DNA from: Prorocentrum cordatum
Lineage: Eukaryota
DNA: 64,000 nt
Direction of reading: 5' to 3'
Assembly (NCBI GenBank): GCA_963575745.1
Contig: CAUYUJ010000092.1
Location: forward strand, 372,001-436,000
Made by a program: the position numbers and the translations under genes. This document shows positions 12,249-25,870 of the stretch, one piece after another. The notes under the pieces are model-generated. The model was not told where the DNA came from. It was given only the letters and a program-made list of their open reading frames with translations, and ran no database searches. Position 1 is the stretch's first letter; each line of letters starts with the position of its first letter.

Positions 12249-12608
12249 GGAGGAGGAACCCCTCAGTTCTGGCTCTCGTTGTTGTGGCGGCTTGTACGCC
12301 AGCCCTGGCTGCAAGTCTGGCTCCCGCTCCGCCGTCCCAGGGCCCCTTCGATTTCACAGGTTAGTTCCGACAGGCACGTCAACTCCGACAGCGGATCCGC
12401 CCTGCACCGCGGCATGTCCTGAGGGTTTCAGCGCGAGCACGTTTCCCTCCCTGTGTTCGCGTTCTCCTTTTTTTTGTCAACGGATTGGTGGCTTTGGGCC
12501 CATGGAATGCACTTGACAGGCCCCGAACGGCCGGCGGCGGCCAACCCCAGCCATTGCGTTGGGCTTGCCTTTCCGCCGCTGCCACGCAGTGCCAGTATAT
12601 ATATATAT

Positions 12609-12656
<48 letters not shown>

Positions 12657-13920
12657 ATGTGTATAAGCCTGCTTTACTTGACTAACTCACGTTTGCACTG
12701 TGCCCTAGCTGTGCTCGTCTTCCTTTCGCTTCTTTCCCGCTGTCCTGTTCCGCCTGTTCATGGTTCCCATCTTCGCTCTCCCTTTGTGTTTGCAGGAATG
12801 TCGCTCGCCCGCGCCATTCTTCAAGTGGCTCGTCTCGCGTTGCGTGTTTTGCCCCTTCGTTCTGCGTGTCAGTCAACGGTTCTGCTACTTCTTTTCCACA
12901 TTGAAAGCGCTCCGTGGCACGACACGCGCCCCAGTGGTTTGCCATTCCAGCGATGGCCGTGTTTTGGTGAGGAATGGCCGTCAGTTTTGAGCATCGCGAC
13001 AGATCTAGAAAGTTAAAGGAAATGTCCAGCTAGAGCCCCGTTTTGAAGAGGGGCGCCCTCCATGCGCGTACGTGATTGGTTCGTAATGCCTCACGTCAGG
13101 CCATCAAGTCTGAGGACGTCCACAGCGAGAGCCCCACGTCGAAAAGGAACCGCCTACAGTGCTACAGCATGGACCGTATGTTTCAGGAGGGAAAATCACA
13201 CACACACACACACACACACAGACACAATGAATTGTCGATTCCCTAGACATATGAAAATATATGGGAAGTGGGAGGACGACGAACATCCAAAAGACGTGGA
13301 AGGGATAACGGATCCTGTTACCTGTGTCTATTTGTTTGTGTGCCTTTTTCAATATGTTAGGCAGGCTCAGGCGAGAGCCTTGTTCAGGAACCGCCCTCCG
13401 TCCTTGTGAGTGCCGCGCAAGTGCTCAGGACAGATGTGCGCGGCGCCAGTCGGCGTCACCCCGACGTGCTCATGCCATGTGTGCGTCGCCCCCGAAGGGG
13501 GGCGACGCGCAGCAACGAGAAATCTTACAGCGTATGCGTCGTGGCGGGCGCTTTCTGGCCGCACCGCTCGGGAAACGATCTACCACAAGATGGGCCTGCT
13601 GTATGGTCGGGTCGGACGCGCGCTTCCAAGGAGGACGTATAGTATCAGCATGTCTCTGTGCGTCCCAAAAACCTCCCATCGCGATTTCTGTCACAGCGGG
13701 AGGGGGTCTCTTAATGCGTCCCAGAAAACCTCCCGTCGTGATTTTTCCGCAGCGTAAGTATTAGCATGTCTCTGTGCGTCCCAGCCAAGCCGACTGCCTC
13801 AGTTGCAACAAAAAAATGTCCGCTTCCGGACGGCGCACGGAGAGGGGCTCTCGGGCGGATCGCCGGGGCCGCTTTGCCGGCACGCCCAGTGGCGCAGCGG
13901 CAGGGAGCCGTGAGCAAGGA

Positions 13921-14300
13921 CGAGGGATGGAGGAGGACGAGGACGAAGAGGAGGAGGAGGAGGAGGAGGAGGAGGAGGAAGAGGAGGAGGAGGAGGGGCG
14001 GTGGAGGAGGAGGAGGGGTGGTGGTGGGGAGGAGGAGGAGGGGAGGAGGAGGAGGAGGAGGAGGGGAGGAGGAGGAGGAGAGGAGGAGGAGGAGGAGTGA
14101 GAGGAAGAGGAGGAGGAGGAGGAGGAGGACGAGGAGGGGAGGAGGAGAGGAGGAGGTGGAGGAGAAGGAGGAGGAGGACGAGGAGGAGGAGGAGGAGGAG
14201 GAGGAGGAGTAGGGGCGGTGGTGGAGGAGGAGGGGTGGTGGAGCAGGAGGAGGAAGAGGAGGAGGAGGAGGAGGGGTGGAGGAGGAGGAGGAGGAGGAGG
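13921..14300. repeat. Imperfect (GAG)n microsatellite
   Basis: Directly visible. Similar tracts at ~17430-17740, 19440-19800, 46760-46830, 52015-52065, 53035-53180, 60535-60620 and 63418-63600. Confidence 0.95.
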
Positions 14301-15373
14301 CGTAGAGGGCGTTGCCACGCACAGAATTTGTTTGCCCCCCCCCCCCCCTGGAGGACCTGAGGCCTGGGCTGCAGCTGCAGAAGAGCGCCTCCGCGCTATT
14401 CGGCTCTTGGGCGCGGCCCGCCCCGAAGGGAGCGCCCGCAGGCGGCACGCGGGCCTCGCTGGACTGACGGCCTTCAAGCACCTTCGAATTTCCAGACTGG
14501 CCATGGAGGCATCCCCCCGCCAGCATCCCTCTTCCGCCCTCCCTCCCCGCCTGCCCACGTGTTCCCTGTGCCTCCTCGCTCCCCCGTCCCTCTTCCCTCC
14601 TTCCCCTTCTCCCTCTTCCCCCCATCCCTCGTGCTCAACCTTGACCCTTCCTGCTCCGTCTTGCTTCACCCTGCCCCTCCCGCTCCTGCTCCTTCTCGTC
14701 CTCCCTCCTCGGCCCCCCTCGGCCCCATGTGCGCGCCGTGCAACGTGTTCCCAGGGCGACCCCTGAGTGTTTCACTCGGGGCGCAATTTTCCACAACAGC
14801 GTAACGATGCCTGGGGCACTGGAAACAGGAAGTGGAGGATGACGCGGACGGGCGAGGAGAGGAATGGGGGAGGGGAGGGGAGTTAGCGACTGAGTCGGAG
14901 TTGGAGGTGAGGGAAGGTGGGGGGTAGGAGTATAAAGCGGAGGTGGGGAGGAGGAGGAAGACATGGGAATATGGAGAGGAGGATAATCAAGAATGGACGG
15001 AAGGAGAAGGGGAATCTGAGCGGGATTGGGGACAGGAGGAGGAGGAGGAGGGAAGATAGTGAGCAGCGAGGAGAGGAGGAGGAACAATAATAATAATGAC
15101 AACAAATATGCATGTAGTCCAGCCGCCATAATGCTGCATAATGTTATCACTTGTGTTGGTTCAAGCCCGAAGCGGGGCACAGCGATAAGCATGCACAAGT
15201 TACGTTCGTCTGGACGTGAAACATCATCGCCAACATGTCCGCATCTACCTTCGTGCGTGGGTTGCGTGGGCACGGCATGGATCAAAATATTGTGGGTTGC
15301 ACAAGCGGCTTCAGGTAGTCGGTGCAGCATGGCGACCCCCTCCAGCTGTGCGGCTGCTTGCGAAACTAACCTC

Positions 15374-15559
15374 AGTATCGTTCAACCAATCCCCATCCCC
15401 ATCCCAATCCCCTTCGAGACCCCCACCAAATTACCACCCAAGTTGGGGATACACCCCTCGAAACCCGAAGGGAACGACCCATATCCCCACCTAGGGGGGT
15501 AAATCGGCCAGTGGGGCCCAGGCCACGCCGCTGGGGATGGGGATCGGTTAAACGATACT
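15374..15559. mobile_element. MITE-like element, 186 bp, 27-bp TIRs
   Basis: Left AGTATCGTTCAACCAATCCCCATCCCC; right reverse-complemented AGTATCGTTTAACCGATCCCCATCCCC (2 mismatches). No clean TSD, although TAACC occurs near both ends. Confidence 0.65.
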
Positions 15560-17109
15560 CATAACCAGCGTACGCGTGCCAGCGGGCTGCCTCGCTGGAT
15601 TTTTATGCAGGCGCCGTGGGAAAGGCACGCCATCGTGACCAGTTGCTTCACCGAGCTTGGCTTCAGGGAGGTACCGGGCCTTCTCATCGAATCCTCTGGA
15701 AGCACGGCCAGCTGAAGGCGCCGGTGTTGGCAGAGGTGGACGACTCTTCTTGTTGGGCACAGAACCATCGCACAATTATATATTGGCTTACTCGTGCTGG
15801 TGAATGGGCGAAGCCGAATTCTCAACGAAAAGGGTTCGCAGGGAGGGCCACAGAATTCGCAAGGACTCCGATAATCAGAAAGATAATTCATCGGATTGGG
15901 AGGAGGGGGTTGTGAGAATTTATCATATCACTGATACGATCGCGTACGTTGAAGGTATTTATTAAATTGGCATGTGCACAAGCATTGGCCGTCGCATCCT
16001 CCGACCTCCCTGCAGCTTGAATTGCCTGCCGATTGCGCTGGTACTTCTGCTTGAACGTGGGTTGGTTCTTCGCTTCCATATCGCTGGCAACGACGTACTG
16101 GTCATCGCGTTCACGCGTCTTTCTTTCATCGTCAGTTGTTCCTCCTGGAGAACCCTGCTCTGCGCGTCACGGGCTGTGCCTCTATAGTTTGGAATTACCT
16201 CTGGGGTCCGATCGGCAACGATGCTGCACCGCAGGTGCCAACGGTTCATGCAGAAGTCATGGCGCAACACATGCAGAACGGAAGCTGACCAACGCAGTAG
16301 TGATTCCGTACCGCGCAAGGGACGCAATACGGATTTCATTGATACTTCCGCATCAGGAAGGGAACGCAATACGGAACCTGTTGCGGTCCCGCGACCTCCC
16401 AAAATTTGTATGAGCACGATGAAAACATCATTTGTGAATTCGATGCCTCCCAGCATTGCTCATGCCCTTGGTCCACCTCCAGTGTTCGGCGTCGCTTCAA
16501 TACCTGAGATGGTCAAAGATGGCTCTGAGAGGGCCCAGAGCCAGAACACGCACAAGAGAGCTTTTGGACGGCCCCACCCAAGGCCTCGGCAGGGCTTTCA
16601 GAGGGCCCCGAGAGGACCACGAAGTAGGTTGCAGAGTGCAGCCTGTGTCTTGGGAAGTTCCCAGGGGGCCAAGATGGCCCCGAGAGGGCCACGAAGTAGG
16701 TTGCAGATTGCAACCCGCTTCTCAGGAAGCTTGCGCGGTGTTGGATTGCCGGCCCATGCGTTGCGGGGACAACACGTTTCCCTTTCGCTAGACGCAGGCG
16801 GCCGAATGTATCGTTCATTGCATCCGGACGTTGTTGCTCCCACCCGGCATTATCCCAACCTTTTCCTCCTGACACGATAATTGTCTTTCTCAAATAAGTG
16901 CATGCTTTATGATGTACATCCCATCGCATTTTAAAAGGAGGCCGCACCAAGAGGCCGAAACTTCGGATCATATTAGAGTTTGAGAAGTTGTTTGCTGGCG
17001 AGCGTCGCAGTTTGGAAATGGAACTGCTGAGAAGGTCATGGCCTTCCATCGCGCGGTGCAGATGCTCGGGGATACGGCGTCGCAGTGCTTGCTTATTTCG
17101 CGGCGGGGC

Positions 17110-17428
17110 TCATGTATGCCAAGCTGTCCACTTTGACGCGGGCAGTGTGACGGGCGGCGGCACGGAGACCTTCACCGAGTACGTTTGGGCAACCGGTGCG
17201 CTGACCTTCGGGCCAGACCAGCAGGTTGTCTGCGCTGCCGTGGAAATCCTCGAAGGTGTGCTGCGGCAGCCAAGGCGACAACCACGCCTTGGGAAGCACC
17301 GGTGCCCCTTCCCGTGCCGTTGCCTGGAATTGTATACTTCAGAACCGTGCGCTTCGAGGAAATGTCAATTGGAGCGCCAGGCCTGCCGTACCGACGCACT
17401 CACCGGGGCGACGAGGACAGGCCAGTGA
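17110..17428 (+). pseudogene. Isolated coding-like fragment, product unknown
   Basis: GC3-biased frame AVHFDAGSVTGGGTETFTEYVWATGALTFGPDQQVVCAAVEILEGVLRQ. No clear splice partners or domain. Confidence 0.3.
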
Positions 17429-19897
17429 TAAGGAGGAGGAGGAGGAGGAGGAGGAGGAGGATGGAGGATGGAGGACAGCTTCAGGCCAAAAGGGAAAGGT
17501 GGGTACGGCAGGAAAACATGGAGCCCTGGAGGTTGGAGGAGTGGGCGGAGGACGAGGTGAGGTGGAGGATGATGAGGAGAAGGTGGCGGAGGTGAGCGAA
17601 AGGTCGGAGGAGACAAAACGACAGCAGCATGATGCGGAGGAGACAAAGGAATACGGATGAGGAGGAGGAGGAGAAGGAGGAGGAGGAGGAGGAGGTGGAG
17701 CAGGAGGGGGGAAGGAGGAGGAGAAGGACGAGAGAGAGCAGCAGCAGCAGCAGACAGCCAGGAAGAATCTCAATAATCACGAGAGCAACAGTATGATGGC
17801 GGTGGGGTGAGCCTCCTCCTCCTCCTCCTCCTCCTCCACCTCCTCCGCCTCCTGGGGAGAAAGGAGGGCGGAGGAGATCAGGAGGGCGGTCTGGGCGTCG
17901 TTTTTCCAGGCGAGGCCGCCGCCTCTGCCCGCGCGGGGCGCCCGCCGCCCGCACGCCAGGCGGGCACAAGAAGTGCCCGCGGGGCGCGCGCGCGCGGGGG
18001 GAGGGAGGCTCCGGAGGCGCCCGCGGGCTCTGGAGGAGCTCGGGGCGCCGAGGTGCGGGGGGGAAGCCGCCGGGCGGGGGGGAAGTGCGGGGAGGGGGTG
18101 GCCGAGGAGGGGGGGGGGGAGGGGGAGGGGCACGTGGGGAGGGGAGGGAAGGGGAGGGGCGTGGGGGAAGTGCGGGGGAGGGGAGGGGAGGGGTTGGCTG
18201 ATGGGTTGGCTGATGGGAGGAGGTGCGGGAGGGGAGCCGCCGGGCGGAGCGGGAAGTGCGGGGAGGGGGTGGCTGATGGGGGGGGAGGGTGAGGGGCACC
18301 TGGGGGCGGGGAGGGAGAGAGAGAGATTGGGGGGGCGGTTTGTGGGGGGAGAGCGAGGGCGACTGGGAGGGGAACGGGGAGAGTGAGGGCGAGGGGCGGG
18401 CACGCAGAGGGGAGGGGGGGGACAAGGAAGGGGGACAGAGGGAAGGTGAAGTGCCCCTCGCGCTTGGATGCCAAGGTTCGCCCGGGCGTGGCCCTGCCTC
18501 GAGGGGTCGGGTGGCCGTCTCTGCCTGCTCCCCCCTCTTCTTCTGGCCTCTTTCTCTCCGCCTTGCCCCTTTGTCATTGTCTGTGCCATTCTGGCGTATG
18601 CATTGACGGTTCTTGCGTCGCAGTGTTGCGAAGGGTGAGGTCAGGAAGGGAGGGAGGAAGAAGAGCGATAGAGCGCACGAAGGTAGGGAGGGGCGAGATG
18701 GATTGGGAGAGATGATTGTCAGGAGTGTTGTGTAGTAGGGTGGTGGGTAGGATGGGGTCGATAGGTAAGCGTAGTGGGGTGGGGTATGTGGGTTGGTGGA
18801 TGAGGTGGGGAACATTGGAAAGGGCAATGGGGATGGGTGAGTGGCGGTGTTGGGAGGATGAGGGGAGTGGAGGGAGGGGATGGAGGGAAGGGCGAGGAAG
18901 AAGGTGGAGGAAGAGGAGGCAGAGTATGAGGACTAGGGCGAAGATGGTTGTGAGCAGTAGGGAGAGCTTGACGAATATGTCGAGCATGCGGGGCCGAGGG
19001 AGACTTGCGAAGAGCAGGAGAAGTGGGAAGGAGGGGAGAGAAGAGAGAATGTGAATTTTGGTGGGGAGAAGGGGATGCACCTTGGCGGCCGACCGAATCC
19101 GCACTTGGAATGTTGCGGGCACATGCCTTGCATCGCATTCACTTTCGGGATTTGTTGTTTCTGCATACACCTGCCTGGCACAGGGAGCCCTCGTTAGGGA
19201 TCGGTACCGACCTCCTATACCAACGCGTACTCTCGCGCGGGCTAGGAGCAAGATGGCCGTCGAGAGAGGCGACAAAATGTTGTCAAGAGGATTCCGACAC
19301 GTAAGATGATCGTATTGCATTGTGAAGGCCTTACGGCCGGTGCCGCCGACCCTGAAGGTTTCCGCCGTCGATGGCGACGGGATGTGTGATCACAGGAAGG
19401 AGCTACAGGACAACGTGACAGGGTAGGCGGAGGAAGTGTGTGAGGAGGAGGACGAGGACGAGGAGGAGGAGGAGGAGGAGGAGGAGGAGGAGGAGGGGGA
19501 GGGGGAGGAGGAGGAGGAGGAGGAGGGGGAGGAGGAGGGGGAGACAAACGAAAAGGAGATGGAGAAGGTGGCAAAAGACGCTCAGGAGGAGGAGGAAGGA
19601 GGTGGTATTCTGACCCAGGATCCCCCCCCAGGACCCCTCCCGGGACCCCTCCCAGGACCCCCCCGGGCTTCCCCCGGGACCCCCCCCCCCTGGCCGGGGA
19701 AGGGAACAAAGGGAAGGGGAAACCCTTCGAGTCAATTTACTTTCTACGCAGGAGGAAGAGATGAAGGAGGAGGAGGAGGAGGAGGAGGAGGAGGAGGGGG
19801 AGACGAACGAGAAGCAGACGGAGAAGGTGGGAAAGGAAAGGAGGCACGGACGAGAAGAACAACCCATTCCACACGCTGACAGGGTCGGCGGATGTAT

Positions 19898-20105
19898 TGT
19901 GTGTCTGTCTGCGTGTGTGAGGGTGTGAGTGTATGTGACAGTGTGCGTCTGTTTGTGAGTGTGTGTGTGTGTGTGCGTGTGTGCACAAGCGTGTTAGTGT
20001 GTGAGTGTGTGTGTGAGTGTGCGTGAGTGCGTGTTAGTGTGTGTGTGTGAGAGTGCGTGTTAGTGTGTTTGTGAGTGGGTGTGTGTGGGTGTGGGTGTGT
20101 GGGTG
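19898..20105. repeat. Degenerate (GT)n-rich tract
   Basis: Directly visible. Confidence 0.9.
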
Positions 20106-20887
20106 CCGTGTTTTCTTGCTGTTTGTGCTCGTTGTATGGTTTCTTTCTCTGGGCACGGCTATCCACAGTCTAGTTTATGGCGCACACCATGTTGACGTTG
20201 AAGCCATCATTCGATGTTCGAAGTCTACCAGTTACCAACCACCAAACTGCTCCACGAGGGTTAGAGTGTGCCGGCACGATCACTGTCGATCCACTTTATG
20301 GTACGTTCCGCTCTTGTACTGGATGAAGATGCATGCATTCTTGATGCAGATGTAACAGCATTTGTTAGGAAAACCTGCAATGTAAAAGACCACGGAAATG
20401 TGCGGATAGTTTCCATGGTTTGCCCCTTCTAAAAAAAAGGCCAACAAATGCGAAACCAGACGTGAGAAGTCAATACCAGAGTCGGAACACTTAAGTTGTA
20501 TGTGTGTGTTGGGCCTTTAAAGTGGATGTGGGAATTCTATTCGGGGGAGCAGTCACAGATATAGTTTGGAATCGGAGAGATTGGAACGAACCAGAAGGAT
20601 AGGAGTCGGGGGGATAACAGGGACAAGAAGATGCACATATGAAAGTTGGATTGCATAATAAGAAACGAAAGCCAATCTTATTCGTAAACAATGCACCAGG
20701 TTTTCGTGGATTCCCAAACCGGCCATGATCAATATAAATGTTTTCCACGCGCAACAAATTTCCCACAAACGCGTTCCGAGCAAAACGGCGTCGAAGCGAG
20801 CGCAGCGAGGTGAAACAAAAGGTAGGACGAGGAGGAGCAAGAGGAGGAGGAGGAGGAGGAGCAAGAGGAGGAGGAGGGGGGAGCAAG

Positions 20888-22060
20888 TCAGACAATTTCT
20901 AGGTCGGCAAATGGGCACGCCGTTTCACGAAGCGTCTGAGGCAAATCCCCTTCCAGGGCTCAGCACAGTTCGTGCCACAGCCCGTTGCAACGCGCAGCAC
21001 CACCCACCTATGCAGCAAGCTTGAAGCTATTCCTTTTCGGAGTGGGCCAGGCACGTCCCTGGTTCGCTCCCGCGCTAAGAGTGGAAGCAGTCTTGCTGCT
21101 TGTGGCCCAAATCTTCCATGCACCTCCATTTCCAGCGAGTGAATCGATCCCAGACCATTGCTATGTACTTCATAGAACGTATTGCTGTTCTCGTTCTCGG
21201 TTTGCTCTAAAAGTCTCCCTCCGTGATTGCTCGTTCCCGATCTGGGGCCCCATTTCCCGAAATAGGAGACAACACCGTTGCATCGCAGAATGATGGTCAA
21301 CCCCAGGCAACGTTTAGGCAAGGTACCACCAAATCAGTACGACGCATATCTGTTGGTGGAACTGGGACGTGGGTGGTACGAAGCATGCGCTCCACGTTAC
21401 GATCGGGAATGCATCCCCCAGCTTCCGTGAAAACTTGTTTTTATGCTGACACAAATTCCAGGTGACGTCCATGCGTACGGCTGCCCAGTACCATTGCTAA
21501 AACCTCGTAGTCATGCTGATCAGGTGTGTCGCATACAACTGCAATACCCAAACGGCGCCGTATAACACATTGTAGCGCATCGGTAGTCAGCGCGAGCCCT
21601 GCGCACGTTGGACATACGAGTAGCCACGCTGAATTGAATGGCACCAAGTGTTTTTTTCCGATACGGCTTATATATTGTTTATGGTTATCTCTCTTCACTT
21701 TGTGAATGCTGTGGCCCCGCCAACGTTTTTACTTCTGAGACCAATGTCAAGTGCTATAACATCCGAAATCGACGCGGACCTTCATTGGTCCGGCGCTGCT
21801 GTACGCACGTCCGGGCCGCATCCGTTTTCCGTTTGTTTTGTGATGATGGGCGGTTGGCCTTCCGTTGCGTCAATAATTGAATCCGCTCGGCCTCAAGCTT
21901 CGGCATGTCTGACCATTGTTCCAGGACCATGTGGCCTACAGACCTTTGTAAGTTAATGCCGAGGAGCCCCCACCATTTGCGTAATAGGCCCAATGTAGGT
22001 ACGTGCACCGTTCTTTGGCTTGTGTTGACAATAACCGCACGGGTTATGTGCCCTTTCTTT
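20888..22060 (-). mobile_element. Decayed CRE-like retrotransposon 3' (RLE) fragments, copy A; C-terminus present twice
   Basis: SAWLLVCPT...VIRRRLGIAV, QVFTEAGGCIPDRNVERMLRTTHVPVP...RRTDLVVP, GTSNHGGRLLEQTENENSNT and terminal ADLEIV* (stop at 20888-20890) all match the 1319-aa ORF. A second C-terminal piece LGLLRKWWGLLGINLQRSVGHMVL lies at ~21910-22000. Confidence 0.9.
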
Positions 22061-23828
22061 CAAACTTTTCAGCCCCAGAGACAGTAATGACCCCAGTCTT
22101 CTTCTTTCCTCTTCCCTTGTTGGCACCGCGCCACCGTTGGCACTGCGAGTAGGTATCCACCCGGCCCCATCGCACACCTAGCTACAGCGCGTTGCAGGGC
22201 GAGGCCATACCCCACCACCTATGTTGTAAACTTAGTGCGGCCGCGCGGCGAACTCGTCTATGCATAGTTTGAGGCCGCTCGTTAGCTAAGGTGGGCACTA
22301 GGGTGGCATGTTGTGCATCTGCCGTGCACCCCAGCTCCTGAGAATGTTTGTGTTTGGCCTCCGCGTAGGTGGTGTTGTTCTCGCGTTTTGCTCGCTCCAC
22401 AAGCGCCCCATCTTTGTTATTAGTCCCTCCTCGTGGGTGAGTTGTCCAAGTAATAGTTGCCTCTTGGAGCGCTTTTGGGCGCTCATGGGGCCGTCTTAGG
22501 GGCTTATTCGACCTCTCTTGGAGCCCTCTTGGGCCATGTTGGAGCCATCTTGAGGCTTCGGATGGCCATCAGAAGCGAAAAGGCGAGAAAGCCAAACGCA
22601 TTGATTGTCCTAAGGGAGGGGGTAAGGGGAGGGGTCAAGATACCCTCTCTGCACGCAAGCCGTTTACCTCTTTCCCACCCGCTTTTCTACAGTATACGTG
22701 GCATTCGAGTCTCGGTATAGCCAGGGGTCGCCAGTGGATGGAATGCTATTGGGAATTAAAGCGGACGCCAGGTGCGCGACGCTCGTTGCGGGTTCCATCT
22801 GCAAGTCGCTCGCCGCCGCTTCAGCAACGTGAGGACTTGCTGCGGCTGACACGTCGGCGTCGAGGTGAAGGTCGAGGGATTTGGGCGCGGCCGCCCCGTG
22901 CTGCAGATTCTCCTCAGGATGGGCACCGTGGGCCACTCACCCAACGGCCGCGCGATCAGGGGGGTGGTGTTCCTGCCCTGGGCTGAACGAGCGGGGCGAG
23001 TCGTTCCAATTTCATTGAGCTGAGGGGCCGTGAGCATGCAGCCTACAATACTTTCTTCGTTTTCTTTTTTTCGCTCCTTCTCCCTCGTTCCTTGTCGATC
23101 ACCGCTTTGCATTGCATGTTAGCCGAGTGTTTTTATAATATTCGTTGGCGTTGGTCCCCGTTCTTCCGGGCGGCGCTCACCGCTTTAGGGGTGTTTCCTG
23201 GTCTTTGGTGCCGTAATTTCGGCCACATTCGCAGGATAGTTTCCGTCCATTCCTTGTGCATGCACGGTGCCGCTGTGCTTGACTTGGTTTTTTTCACCGT
23301 TGTTCGGCCACGGGGCGTGGGCCATTGTATCGGGTGGTCGTGTTGTCGTTCTCCGTCCGAGTTCTGTTGGCGCGGGACGTCTACAGCGGAGTGCACATCG
23401 GCATCATGTTTGCCGACAGTGCGTTCTGGTCGTTAGCACTAAAAAAGCGTGGTGTTGGTATTGACATCACAGTGGTTTGTAAGACCGCTGCGCTGAAAAT
23501 ATTGCAAGCACGGTGAGTACATTCAATGAGGGTTCTTGTCATGGTGAAAAAAACGGTTGTGAAAAATGTAATCGGGATATCAGCATTGTTCTGGGCCTGC
23601 ACAACATGCACATTACGGCAACGTCGTGGGCATTGGTCGTCCGCGATCATTTTGTATTATTGTTGAATAAGACGGCGGAGGTGTCTGTATGATGATGTTT
23701 TTTCCCAACCATCCTGTGGTGTTGGGTCCTCGTTTTGAAGAGACGGTGCCCGCGTCCTCTCCTCTCCTCCTCTTCCCCCTCCTCCCTCCTCCCCCTCCTT
23801 GCCTCTGCTCTCGGCACACCTCTCGCGC

Positions 23829-25870
23829 GTTTCGTAGCCCCATAGGGAGCTCCACCGAAGGCCCCAGTGGGGGTGTTCGCATGCGGTTCCCCCACCCAGG
23901 GCAGCGTTTCGTGCCCCATAGGGAGCTCCACCGAAGGCCCCAGTGGGGGTGTTCGCATGCGGTTCCCCCACCCAGGGCAGCGTTTCGTGGCCCCATAGGG
24001 AGCTCCACCGAAGGCCCCAGTGGGGGTGTTCGCATGCGGTTCCCCCACCCAGGGCAGCGTTTCGTAGCCCCATAGGGAGCTCCACCGAAGGCCCCAGTGG
24101 GGGTGTTCGCATGCGGTTCCCCCACCCAGGGCAGCGTTTCGTGGCCCCATAGGGAGCTCCACCGAAGGCCCCAGTGGGGGTGTTCGCATGCGGTTCCCCC
24201 ACCCAGGGCAGCGTTTCGTAGCCCCATAGGGAGCTCCACCGAAGGCCCCAGTGGGGGTGTTCGCATGCGGTTCCCCCACCCAGGGCAGCGTTTCGTGGCC
24301 CCATAGGGAGCTCCACCGAAGGCCCCAGTGGGGGTGTTCGCATGCGGTTCCCCCACCCAGGGCAGCGTTTCGTGGCCCCATAGGGAGCTCCACCGAAGGC
24401 CCCAGTGGGGGTGTTCGCATGCGGTTCCCCCACCCAGGGCAGCGTTTCGTAGCCCCATAGGGAGCTCCACCGAAGGCCCCAGTGGGGGTGTTCGCATGCG
24501 GTTCCCCCACCCAGGGCAGCGTTTCGTGGCCCCATAGGGAGCTCCACCGAAGGCCCCAGTGGGGGTGTTCGCATGCGGTTCCCCCACCCAGGGCAGCGTT
24601 TCGTAGCCCCATAGGGAGCTCCACCGAAGGCCCCAGTGGGGGTGTTCGCATGCGGTTCCCCCACCCAGGGCAGCGTTTCGTGGCCCCATAGGGAGCTCCA
24701 CCGAAGGCCCCAGTGGGGGTGTTCGCATGCGGTTCCCCCACCCAGGGCAGCGTTTCGTAGCCCCATAGGGAGCTCCACCGAAGGCCCCAGTGGGGGTGTT
24801 CGCATGCGGTTCCCCCACCCAGGGCAGCGTTTCGTGGCCCCATAGGGAGCTCCACCGAAGGCCCCAGTGGGGGTGTTCGCATGCGGTTCCCCCACCCAGG
24901 GCAGCGTTTCGTAGCCCCATAGGGAGCTCCACCGAAGGCCCCAGTGGGGGTGTTCGCATGCGGTTCCCCCACCCAGGGCAGCGTTTCGTGGCCCCATAGG
25001 GAGCTCCACCGAAGGCCCCAGTGGGGGTGTTCGCATGCGGTTCCCCCACCCAGGGCAGCGTTTCGTGGCCCCATAGGGAGCTCCACCGAAGGCCCCAGTG
25101 GGGGTGTTCGCATGCGGTTCCCCCACCCAGGGCAGCGTTTCGTAGCCCCATAGGGAGCTCCACCGAAGGCCCCAGTGGGGGTGTTCGCATGCGGTTCCCC
25201 CACCCAGGGCAGCGTTTCGTGGCCCCATAGGGAGCTCCACCGAAGGCCCCAGTGGGGGTGTTCGCATGCGGTTCCCCCACCCAGGGCAGCGTTTCGTAGC
25301 CCCATAGGGAGCTCCACCGAAGGCCCCAGTGGGGGTGTTCGCATGCGGTGCCCCCACCCGGGGCAGCGTTTCGTGGCCCCATAGGGAGCTCAACCGAAGG
25401 CCCCAGTGGGGGTGTTCGCATCGGTTCCCCCACCCAGGGCAGCGTTCCGTGGCCCCATAGGGAGCTCCACCGCAGGCCCCTAAATGGCTTCTCTCGCATG
25501 CGGTTCCCCACCCAGGCACGCTTCGTCGTGGCCCCAATAGGGAGCCTCACACCGAAAGGCCCCAGTGGCTGCCCTCGCATGCGGTTCCCCCACCCAGGGC
25601 AGCGCTTCGTGGCCCCATGGTGAGCTCCACCGAAAGCCCCCGTGGCGCAGTTCGCATGCGCTTCCCCCACCCAGGGCAGCGTTTCGTGGCACCATAGGGA
25701 GCTCCACCGAAGGCCCCAGTGGCGCAGTTCGCATGCGGTTCCCCCACCCAGGGCAGCGTTTCGTAGCCCCATAGGGAGCTCCACCGAAGGCCCGCCCCGG
25801 TGGCGCAGTCGGCATGCGGTTCCCCCATCCAAGGCAGCGCTTCGTGGCCCCATATGGAGCGCCACCGAAA
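23829..25870. repeat. 77-bp tandem array, ~26 copies
   Basis: Unit GTTTCGT(A/G)GCCCCATAGGGAGCTCCACCGAAGGCCCCAGTGGGGGTGTTCGCATGCGGTTCCCCCACCCAGGGCAGC. Near-identical to ~25340, then progressively diverged. ORF-track offsets of 77 and 154 nt confirm the period. Confidence 0.97.

Noticed and set aside
16928..16982. Possible hammerhead ribozyme (GAGGCC-loop-GGCCGAAAC)
   Set aside because: The required CUGANGA box is absent (TAAAAGGA) and stem I cannot be formed convincingly.
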